Below are positions 8,907 to 15,842 of a DNA stretch of 64,000 nucleotides, in pieces. The notes below the pieces were generated by a model. The model did not search any database and was not told the DNA's origin. It saw nothing but the letters and a program-made list of their open reading frames with translations. Position 1 is the first letter of the stretch. Every line of letters begins with the position of its first letter. Origin of the DNA: an uncultured Verrucomicrobiae bacterium (GTDB lineage: Bacteria; Verrucomicrobiota; Verrucomicrobiia; Limisphaerales; UBA11358); contig CAVQGB010000005.1 of assembly GCA_963711945.1 (NCBI GenBank), forward strand, positions 175,664 through 239,663, read 5' to 3'. A program made the position numbers and the translations under genes.

Positions 8907-8954
8907 GTTGGCCTTCGCGTTCCCGTAACCTGTTGGAAAATCCCCACTTGGAAA

Positions 8955-9029
8955 TGGAGCCAATGGCCGGGATTGAACCGGCGACCGACGGTTTACGAAA
9001 CCGTTGCTCTACCGCTGAGCTACATTGGC
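8955..9029 (-). tRNA. tRNA-Thr (anticodon CGU)
   Basis: Minus strand folded by hand: GCCAATG TA GCTC AGCGGTA GAGC A ACGGT TTCGTAA ACCGT CGGTC GCCGG TTCAATC CCGGC CATTGGC T CCA. All four stems pair, the CCA is encoded, and the anticodon loop is TT-CGT-AA. Confidence 0.9.
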
Positions 9030-9334
9030 TTGACCCGCCGTTACTCCGGCGTTTTCATGGTTGGCTGGATTTTATTGTCTGCAATTGCATTCGTGCAACA
9101 TTCCGCAAAACCGCGCGAAATCATGACAACTCAAACGCCAACCGCGCCAGTGTGTATAGCCGCACACAGCGCGCCGGTCAAGTCAACTGTGACCGATGCT
9201 TTTCGGCTTCTATTGTTGATCCTGTAAACCGACGCGCGAAGTTCGCGGTCGAATCGGAGTGTTGCGCCACCACGAACGACTCTGGCCCGCCATCGTCGAA
9301 CGCCAGCCCGTATGAGCTTTCAACCCATTTGCGG

Positions 9335-10849
9335 TTATTTTCGTTTTGGCGGGGCGTGGATGCATTCGCCGTGCAAGGCGTGCGCGGCTTCCATCCAGGC
9401 TTCGCTGAAGGTCGGGTGGGCGTGAATTGTCCGGCCCAGCTCTCGCGTGGTCAGTTCGGCGCGAATTACAGCGGCAGCCTCCGCGATGAGTTCCGTCGCG
9501 TGCGGGCCGACAGCGGCGGCACCGAGCAGTTGGTCGGTCGTGGCGTCGGCAATCCATTTCACAAACCCGGCGGTCTCGCCGGTCGCGATACCCTTGCCGA
9601 GGCCGGCAAAACGGAACTTGCCGGTCTTCACGGCGCGATTCTGCTTCTTCGCGTCGTCCTCGCTCATGCCGGCGGTGCCGACTTCCGGCGACGTGAAAAT
9701 CACATTCGGCACAATTGTGTCGTGCCGCCGCAATTTAGCGGGGCAGGCATCTTGCCTGCCATCAGACAGGCTGGAAGCCTGTCCCACTAACGCATTTTCG
9801 GCGGCGGCGATGCCCTGCGTGGTGGCGTAATGCGCGAGCTGGATTTTGCCGGTCACGTCGCCGATGGCGAATATGTTCGCGACCTGCGTGCGGCAATAAT
9901 CGTCCGCCTCGATGATCCCGCGTTCGTTCGTTTTCAACCCGGCGTTTTCCAGTTTCAAACCGTCGGTCACGGGTTTGCGGCCCACGGCGCAGAGCAGCAA
10001 TTCCGCCGTCAAAGTTTCATCTCCGAATTTGCCGCTAATGACAGTGGCGCCATCACCACCGGCGGAGATATTTTCCAGCGCCTTGCCCGTCAGCACGCGG
10101 ATGCCGAGGTTTTTCTCCAGGTGCGCGCGGACTTCGCGGCGCACGTCGGCGTCGAGCAGCAGCAGAATGTCCTTCAGCAATTCGACGATGGTGACCTTGA
10201 CGCCGAGCATCGCGGCCATGCAGGCGAGTTCGCAGCCGATGAAGCCGCCGCCGAGAACAATCATCGTGGCGGGCAATTTCTGGATGTCGAGAAACGCGCG
10301 GCTTTCCACGACGCGCTCGTGCTTCGGCAAAAAGCCGGGCATGGCCGAGGTGGAGCCGGTGGCGATGATGATTTTCTTCGCGCTGATGCGCTCGGTAGGG
10401 CGCGTCACTCCGTGCGCGCCGTTTTCCGGTGGGGCGAGGCTACCGACGAGCCGGCTCGCGGGGACGCTCGCCCCACCGCTGATTTCGATGGTATTGCGGT
10501 CAACAAAACTCGCCGTGCCTGTAAATTGTTTCACGCCGTTGGCGGTGAGCAGCGAGCCGATGCCGCCGCGCAATTGCTGGACGGCCTTGTCCTTGTTGCC
10601 AATCATTTTCGCGTAATCCACCGAGGCGTTCCTGACGGTAATGCCGAATTTTTCCGCGTGTTTGATTTTCTCGAAGGTCTCGGCGGCGGCGATGAGCGCC
10701 TTGGTGGGGATGCAGCCCCAATTCAGGCAGGCGCCACCGAGCCTTTCCTTTTCGATGATGGCGACCCTTGCACCGAGTTGAGCGGCGCGGATGGCCGCCG
10801 GGTAACCGCCGGGACCGGCGCCGATGACTGCAATATCAAATGTTTCCAT
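9335..10849 (-). CDS. lpdA: Dihydrolipoyl dehydrogenase (E3), carrying two in-frame repeat insertions
   Basis: METFDIAVIGAGPGGYPAAIRAA... (FAD motif), redox-active CLNWGCIPTK, C-terminal HAHPTFSEA. At 504 aa it is roughly 40 aa longer than a typical E3. Confidence 0.95.
   Translation of the reverse strand: METFDIAVIGAGPGGYPAAIRAAQLGARVAIIEKERLGGACLNWGCIPTKALIAAAETFEKIKHAEKFGITVRNASVDYAKMIGNKDKAVQQLRGGIGSLLTANGVKQFTGTASFVDRNTIEISGGASVPASRLVGSLAPPENGAHGVTRPTERISAKKIIIATGSTSAMPGFLPKHERVVESRAFLDIQKLPATMIVLGGGFIGCELACMAAMLGVKVTIVELLKDILLLLDADVRREVRAHLEKNLGIRVLTGKALENISAGGDGATVISGKFGDETLTAELLLCAVGRKPVTDGLKLENAGLKTNERGIIEADDYCRTQVANIFAIGDVTGKIQLAHYATTQGIAAAENALVGQASSLSDGRQDACPAKLRRHDTIVPNVIFTSPEVGTAGMSEDDAKKQNRAVKTGKFRFAGLGKGIATGETAGFVKWIADATTDQLLGAAAVGPHATELIAEAAAVIRAELTTRELGRTIHAHPTFSEAWMEAAHALHGECIHAPPKRK
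9738..9787. repeat. Palindromic repeat (two hairpins) inside lpdA
   Basis: GCGGGGCAGGCATCTTGCCTGCCATCAGACAGGCTGGAAGCCTGTCCCAC, with hairpins GGCAGGCA/TGCCTGCC and ACAGGCT/AGCCTGT. It is translated as ...VGQASSLSDGRQDACPAKL... Same family as 14358-14404. Confidence 0.8.
10394..10476. repeat. Composite palindromic repeat inside lpdA
   Basis: GGTAGGGCGCGTCACTCCGTGCGCGCCG (identical to 2839-2866) followed by GGTGGGGCGAGGCTACCGACGAGCCGGCTCGCGGGGACGCTCGCCCCACC (same family as 38738-38805). It is translated as [28 protein letters not shown]. Confidence 0.85.
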
Positions 10850-10895
10850 AAATTATACTTGTTGAAGTTCGTGCTTTATTGCAGTTCAAGAAAAA

Positions 10896-11086
10896 CTGTA
10901 GCCGTGGCGCCGCAAAACGTGACTGGGAGCGCACGCGCCTCGCGTGCCGTGGTTGACACCCCGTCAACCACCTTGGCGCGCCATCGCGCCTGTTTCAACG
11001 CGCGGTGGCGCGCGTTGCCCCGGCCGCGAAGGCGCGGTCGGATGCACGCGAGGCGCGTGCGCTCCCTATTCAGTTTGCGGCCACGG
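10896..11086. repeat. Long (~190 nt) imperfect palindromic element in the E2-E3 intergenic region
   Basis: The left arm ...CCGTGGCGCCGCAAAACGTGACTGGGAGCGCACGCGCCTCGCGTG pairs with the right arm CACGCGAGGCGCGTGCGCTCCCTATTCAGTTTGCGGCCACGG. Internal hairpins include GGTTGACACCCCGTCAACC and CAACGCGCGGTGGCGCGCGTTG. Confidence 0.8.
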
Positions 11087-11103
11087 TTTTTACTGAAATG
11101 CTC

Positions 11104-11148
11104 TAGCGTGCTTCGCGGAGAACAACCTGAAGGTTGAACTCCAACGAA
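11104..11148 (-). repeat. 45-nt conserved intergenic motif, copy 1 (immediately downstream of the E2 stop)
   Basis: TAGCGTGCTTCGCGGAGAACAACCTGAAGGTTGAACTCCAACGAA. 40/45 positions are identical to 14898-14942. It contains the perfect palindrome CAACCT-GA-AGGTTG. Confidence 0.75.
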
Positions 11149-11149
11149 C

Positions 11150-12478
11150 CTACGCCGTCAGTTTTTTCCAGAGTTCAATGTCCTCGAGTTTTTGTTTAAT
11201 GGCATTGACGAACTTAGCGCCGAGCGCGCCGTCCACGATGCGATGGTCGCACGAAAGCGTGAGTTTCATCATGTGTCGCACGACGATTTTGTCACCGCGC
11301 ACGACCGGTTGCGGCTTGATGCTCGCGACGCCCAGGACGGCACTTCCGCCGGGATTGATGATGGGGCCGAAGCTTTCCACATCCATCATGCCCAGGTTGG
11401 AGATGGTGAACGTGCCGCCGCTCAATTCGTCCGGAGTGGCCTTGCCGGTGCGCGCCTTTTCAATCAGCGTCTTCGATTGCCGGCAGAGTTCCATCAACGG
11501 CAGTTGCTCCGCCGCGCGGATGACGGGCACAACCACGCCCTGGTCCACCGTCACGGCGATGCCGAGGTTGACGTGGCTGTTCCAACGCATGACCCGGCCG
11601 TCGGTCGAGCTGTTCAGCTCGGGAAATTCCTGCAATTTCATCACCACCGCCTGGGCGATGAAATCGGTGACGGTGTAGGGCGCGCCCGCGGCCTTCAACT
11701 GGTTGCGGTAGCCGAGCAACTCCGTCATGTCCACGGAAATGGTGACATAGAAATGCGGCGTGTCGCGGAAACTCTGCGTGAGCCGTTGCGCGATGACTTG
11801 GCGCATATTGCTCATCAGCTTCGGTCGCTCGGCAATGGCGCGCTCGACGTTGGCCACGGTGATGCGACCGGAATTTTCCACCGCTTGAATCGCCAGCACG
11901 TCGAGTTTTTCCATGGCCGCGAGTTTCTTGGCGGCAGACGAGATGCGTAACTGGTCGTAGCCGTGCTGCTGCAAATAATTCCGCACGTCCTTTTCCACGA
12001 TGCGGCCTTCGGGACCTGTGCCTTGAATGCGCGCGGCGTCAATGACGGAATGTTTCGCCAGCGCCGCCGCGCGCGGACTGATGCGGAACACTGCCGGAGC
12101 TGCCGGAGCGACCGGCGCGGCAACGGGCGCCGCACCTGGGGCGGGAACCGCCGCCTGTATGATCGCTGCGCGCGCCGCTGACGCAACCGCGGATTTGGGC
12201 GCGGCGGGCGCCGGCACGGTGATGGCCGGAATCGGTTCGCCCGGTTGGCCGAGAAAACCGACCGTGCTTTGCACCGGCACGCTGACGCCCGGCGGCACGG
12301 CGATTTTCAGCAACGTGCCTTCCTCGAAACTTTCCACCTCCATGACTGATTTGTCAGTCACGACGGTGAAAAGGATGTCGCCTTTGACAACTTGCTCCCC
12401 TTCCATCTTGAGCCATTCAACGATGGCGCTTTCCTCGGTCATCTGACCGAACTTCGGCATGATGATTGGTGTGGCCAT
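11150..12478 (-). CDS. Dihydrolipoamide acyltransferase (E2) of a 2-oxoacid dehydrogenase complex
   Basis: N-terminal lipoyl domain (MATPIIMPKFGQMTEE...VVTDKSVMEVESF), Ala/Pro linker, E3-binding segment, and the catalytic motif LSCDHRIVDGA. Confidence 0.95.
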   Translation of the reverse strand: MATPIIMPKFGQMTEESAIVEWLKMEGEQVVKGDILFTVVTDKSVMEVESFEEGTLLKIAVPPGVSVPVQSTVGFLGQPGEPIPAITVPAPAAPKSAVASAARAAIIQAAVPAPGAAPVAAPVAPAAPAVFRISPRAAALAKHSVIDAARIQGTGPEGRIVEKDVRNYLQQHGYDQLRISSAAKKLAAMEKLDVLAIQAVENSGRITVANVERAIAERPKLMSNMRQVIAQRLTQSFRDTPHFYVTISVDMTELLGYRNQLKAAGAPYTVTDFIAQAVVMKLQEFPELNSSTDGRVMRWNSHVNLGIAVTVDQGVVVPVIRAAEQLPLMELCRQSKTLIEKARTGKATPDELSGGTFTISNLGMMDVESFGPIINPGGSAVLGVASIKPQPVVRGDKIVVRHMMKLTLSCDHRIVDGALGAKFVNAIKQKLEDIELWKKLTA

Positions 12479-12487
12479 GACGTTCCG

Positions 12488-14893
12488 TTAAAGGATTTTG
12501 CAGGCGGCGGCCATGAGGTCGTTGACGTTCGGGAGGAACGCTGCCTCGAGAATGTGCGATTGTGGCGCGATGCCGTTTTTGGCCCCGACGCGTTTCACGG
12601 GGGCGTCGAGATAGTCGAACACCGCGTCCGAAATCGTCGAGGCGATTTCGCCGGTGTAACTGCCGATGTGAATCGCCTGGCTGGCGACAACGCACCGGCC
12701 GGTCTTTTGCACCGAGCGCAAAATCGTGTCGAGGTCGAGCGGCACGAGCGAGCGCAGATCAATCACCTCGGCGCTGACGTTTTTCTCCGCCTTCAATTTG
12801 TCCGCCGCCTTCAGGCAGTCGTGGACGAGCGGACCCCACGTCACGAACGTGATGTCCGAGCCTTCACGTTTTACGTCGGCCACGCCGAGCGGCACGAGAT
12901 AATCTTCCGCCGGCACCGGGCCTTTCATGCCATACAAACCCTGCGATTCGATGAACATCACGGGATTGTTGTCACGAATAGCGGATTTCAACATGCCCTT
13001 CGCGTCATACGGCGTTGCGGGATAAACCACGTAGAGGCCGGGGATGTGGCAGAACATGGATTCGAGCGTCTGCGAATGCTGGCCACCGTAGCCCTTGCCC
13101 GCGCCGGCGGAAACGCGCAGCACGAGCGGCACCTCGGTCTGTGCGCCGCTCATGTAATGCCATTTCGCGGCCTGGTTGCTGATCTGGTCGGACGACATCA
13201 ACGCGAAATCGAAATACATCAACTCCATGACCGGACGCAGGCCAATCATCGCCAGGCCAACGCCCGTGCCGCAGATGCACGCCTCGGAAATCGGCGTGTT
13301 GAACACACGGTCGCGCCCGAAGGATTCCATCAATCCCTTCGTCGCCTTGAACGCGCCGCCGTAATCGGCCACGTCCTCTCCGTAAAACAGGACGCGCTGA
13401 TCGCGCTTCATTTCCTCCATCATCGCCTCGCGAATGGCGTCCTTGTAGGTGATTTCGCCGTTGACACGCTTGATTTCCGGAAGCGCATCAATGATTTCAA
13501 CGTTCGCGAATTCCGCCGGCACGGTCTCGCCCTTCGTGTCGGTGAACATGTATTTGATGACGTCCCCGGCAACCGGGTCGGCGGCGGCGGCGGCGCGCCT
13601 GGCGGCTCGGGCGTTGCGGTCGCGGACGGCAGCTTCGAGCGCGGCGAGTTCCTTCGCGGTCGAAACCTTGTTCTCCAGAATCTGCGCTTTGAATGTTTCG
13701 ATGGGATCAACGGACTTCCACGCGGCTTCCTCTTCCTTTGTGCGATATTCATTGCGCGGGTCGCTCAACGAGTGGCCCCAATAACGGTAGGTGTCGCAAT
13801 CGAGCAGCACCGGGCCTTCGCCCTTCCGGCAAATTTCCGTGGCGCGATTCACGGCATCGCGAACGGCGAGCGGGTCCATGCCGTTGACGATTTCGGCGTG
13901 CATGTTGTTGTCGGCAAAACCGGCGGCGCGGCGCGCGATGCGGCTCACGCCCATCACTTCATCGTCGGTGCGGTGCGTCATGCCGTAATGATTGTTGGTG
14001 ATGAGGAAGATCATCGGCACGCCGAACTTGCGATCGGCCAGATGGTTCGTGAATTGCGCCTGCGTGGCGTAGTTCAATGACTCCAAAACCACGCCGTTGG
14101 CGAAGGCGCCGTCGCCGGCGAAACAGCAAACCACCGCGTCCTTTTTCTGATAACGCAGCCCAACCGCTGCGCCCGTGGCAATCGGCACGCCGCCGCCGAC
14201 GATCGCGTTCGCGCCGAGATGTCCAACGGAGAAATCCGCAATGTGCATCGAGCCGCCGCGGCCTTTGCAATAGCCGTCCTCTTTTCCGAACAATTCGCAA
14301 ATCATGCGATAAACGTGTTGTTCGAGCGCGGCTTCCAGCAGTTCCTCTCTCGATACTGTGGCGGGCATCTTGCCTGCCAACAGCAGGCTGGAATCCTGCT
14401 CCACCAATCGTTTTCTCAATTGTTCGTCGCTCATTTCGCGGATGGCGACCGTGCCCTTGGCAAGGCTTTCGCCGTGGCCGCGGTGCGTGCTGGTAATTTT
14501 GTCGGCGATGTGCAGCACGGAGCACGCGCCCGCCGCCGTGCCTTCCTGCCCGACCGAGACGTGCGTCGGCCCGCGATAATTGAATTCGCGGATCGGCTCA
14601 TACGCGCCGGAGCGGAGTTTGACGATCATTTCCTCCAGTTCGCGGATCATCAGCATGTCCTCGAACAGATTCACCGCCTCCTCTCTGGTGATTTTGTTTG
14701 CGGCCAGCTCCTGTTTTAGACTGCGCTGGAAGCAGTAGGCTGAAATCTTGCCGCAGTTGATTTCGAACGGCTCGAACTTGGGCCGCATATTGCTCAAATA
14801 CGTCGCCGACTTTCTCTTATTCGGCTTTCCACCCCTCTTCTCGTCCGGCTTTTCCAGTATTGCAGTTGTCATAATATTCAAGTTGGAGATCAC
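12488..14893 (-). CDS. 2-oxoacid (pyruvate/acetoin/branched-chain type) dehydrogenase E1 component, fused alpha and beta subunits
   Basis: 801 aa. The alpha part carries the TPP motif GDGAFANGVVLESLN. The beta part reads ...YGEDVADYGGAFKATKGL...PISEACICGTGVGLA... The tracked start is GTG at 14893; ATG at 14872 (MTTAILEK) is an alternative. Confidence 0.9.
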   Translation of the reverse strand: MISNLNIMTTAILEKPDEKRGGKPNKRKSATYLSNMRPKFEPFEINCGKISAYCFQRSLKQELAANKITREEAVNLFEDMLMIRELEEMIVKLRSGAYEPIREFNYRGPTHVSVGQEGTAAGACSVLHIADKITSTHRGHGESLAKGTVAIREMSDEQLRKRLVEQDSSLLLAGKMPATVSREELLEAALEQHVYRMICELFGKEDGYCKGRGGSMHIADFSVGHLGANAIVGGGVPIATGAAVGLRYQKKDAVVCCFAGDGAFANGVVLESLNYATQAQFTNHLADRKFGVPMIFLITNNHYGMTHRTDDEVMGVSRIARRAAGFADNNMHAEIVNGMDPLAVRDAVNRATEICRKGEGPVLLDCDTYRYWGHSLSDPRNEYRTKEEEAAWKSVDPIETFKAQILENKVSTAKELAALEAAVRDRNARAARRAAAAADPVAGDVIKYMFTDTKGETVPAEFANVEIIDALPEIKRVNGEITYKDAIREAMMEEMKRDQRVLFYGEDVADYGGAFKATKGLMESFGRDRVFNTPISEACICGTGVGLAMIGLRPVMELMYFDFALMSSDQISNQAAKWHYMSGAQTEVPLVLRVSAGAGKGYGGQHSQTLESMFCHIPGLYVVYPATPYDAKGMLKSAIRDNNPVMFIESQGLYGMKGPVPAEDYLVPLGVADVKREGSDITFVTWGPLVHDCLKAADKLKAEKNVSAEVIDLRSLVPLDLDTILRSVQKTGRCVVASQAIHIGSYTGEIASTISDAVFDYLDAPVKRVGAKNGIAPQSHILEAAFLPNVNDLMAAACKIL
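14358..14404. repeat. Palindromic repeat inside the E1 gene
   Basis: GTGGCGGGCATCTTGCCTGCCAACAGCAGGCTGGAATCCTGCTCCAC. Same family as 9738-9787. It is translated in frame as VEQDSSLLLAGKMPAT. Confidence 0.8.
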
Positions 14894-14897
14894 GCTT

Positions 14898-14942
14898 TAG
14901 CGTGCTTCGCCACAGACAACCTGAAGGTTGAACTCCAACGAA
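14898..14942 (-). repeat. 45-nt conserved intergenic motif, copy 2 (immediately upstream of the E1 start)
   Basis: TAGCGTGCTTCGCCACAGACAACCTGAAGGTTGAACTCCAACGAA, 40/45 identical to copy 1. The minus-strand reading contains GGAG and the CAACCT/AGGTTG hairpin just 5' of the E1 start. Confidence 0.75.
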
Positions 14943-14958
14943 GCGCCGCGAAAATAAT

Positions 14959-15738
14959 TCACACTCTCACCACCTTGATTCCTTTCCTTGCCAGTTCCTT
15001 TGCGAACGTTTTGTCGATGAACTTGTCGGTGACGATCGCGTGGATGTGTTCCAGCCCGCCGGCACGCGCGAAGGCCACCTTGCCGGCCTTGCCGGAATCG
15101 GCGAGCAGAATCACCTGCCGCGCCTGGCTCGTCACCAGTTCCTTCGTGTAAGCCTCGCTGGGATCCGTCGTCGTGAGTCCTTCATTAAGCGTCAGCCCGA
15201 TGGTGCCCATGAACGCTTTGTCCACGTGCAGTTCCTGCAGGACAAAGCGCGTCAGCGGCCCGACCATCGTCTGGCTCAAGCGGCGCAATTCACCGCCGAT
15301 TAAAATCAACCGCGGCCCGCGCCCGGCCAGTTCGTGCGCCGCGCGCAGGGAATTGGTCACCACCGTCAAGTTCGTGCGGTCATGCAACAGCCGGGCGAGC
15401 TCCAGCACCGTGCTGCCGCCGTCCAGGTAAATCGTGTCGCCCGGCTCGACAAATTGGAGCGCCGCCCCGGCGATATGATGTTTTTCGCGAGCGGCAATCG
15501 AGGTCTTGTCGTCAAACAGCGGTTCTTCCAGCCGGCTTTCGATGCTGACCGCGCCGCCGTGGACGCGCCGGATGGCGCCGGCCTGTTCGAGCTGATCCAG
15601 GTCCCGGCGGACCGTGGCCGGGGACACCCGGAGCTGCCGGCAGATTTCCTCGATGCGCATCACGCCCTGGCCGCGAATCAATTCGCGGATGTTGTCGTGG
15701 CGCCGGTGCGCCAGATCTTTATGTCGGCCGTTCAGCAT
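14959..15738 (-). CDS. DeoR-family transcriptional regulator
   Basis: N-terminal HTH (RHDNIRELIRGQGVMRIEEICRQLRVSPATVRRDLDQLEQAGAIRRVHGGA) and a C-terminal DeoR sugar-binding domain (IYLDGGSTV...VVTNS...DKAFMG). Confidence 0.9.
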   Translation of the reverse strand: MLNGRHKDLAHRRHDNIRELIRGQGVMRIEEICRQLRVSPATVRRDLDQLEQAGAIRRVHGGAVSIESRLEEPLFDDKTSIAAREKHHIAGAALQFVEPGDTIYLDGGSTVLELARLLHDRTNLTVVTNSLRAAHELAGRGPRLILIGGELRRLSQTMVGPLTRFVLQELHVDKAFMGTIGLTLNEGLTTTDPSEAYTKELVTSQARQVILLADSGKAGKVAFARAGGLEHIHAIVTDKFIDKTFAKELARKGIKVVRV

Positions 15739-15742
15739 GGGC

Positions 15743-15795
15743 TGATTGTAATTGATTGAATATAATCAAAACAAGATTGAAATCAATCATAATCG
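15743..15795 (-). promoter_or_regulatory. AT-rich promoter/operator region upstream of deoR with two palindromes
   Basis: TTGATT-gaatat-AATCAA at 15752-15769 and GATTGA-aa-TCAATC at 15775-15788. The minus strand reads TTGATT-16 nt-TATATT, a sigma70-like promoter overlapping the palindromes. Confidence 0.4.
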
Positions 15796-15842
15796 CTCAA
15801 TGCCAAAAAACAACGGCATCCGGCGGATTCGGGGAAGGAGAC

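Larger units (their letters stand above)
4944..8954. mobile_element. Putative integrated element at the 3' end of tRNA-Thr (integrase, Xis-like protein, HUH Rep, cargo ORFs); left boundary uncertain
   Basis: The integrase gene starts 187 nt from the tRNA 3' end. Cargo genes are visibly lower in GC (5.1-6.1 kb). Only a weak tRNA-3'-like match at 4944-4980 marks a possible distal att site. Confidence 0.4.

Noticed and set aside
8855-9790. 311-aa plus-strand ORF spanning the tRNA gene and the lpdA 3' end
   Set aside because: It overlaps a well-folded tRNA and the conserved E3 gene, and its translation is low complexity.
9830-11137. Long plus-strand ORF (435 aa) and many similar ones (for example 12392..14080, 15756..17015, 23879..25414, 27060..28544) antisense to conserved genes
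   Set aside because: They lie opposite strongly motif-supported genes (lpdA, E1, the propeller protein, rimO, the permease). Their translations are Arg/Ala/Gly/His-rich low-complexity sequence typical of shadow ORFs in GC-rich DNA. No motifs are present.
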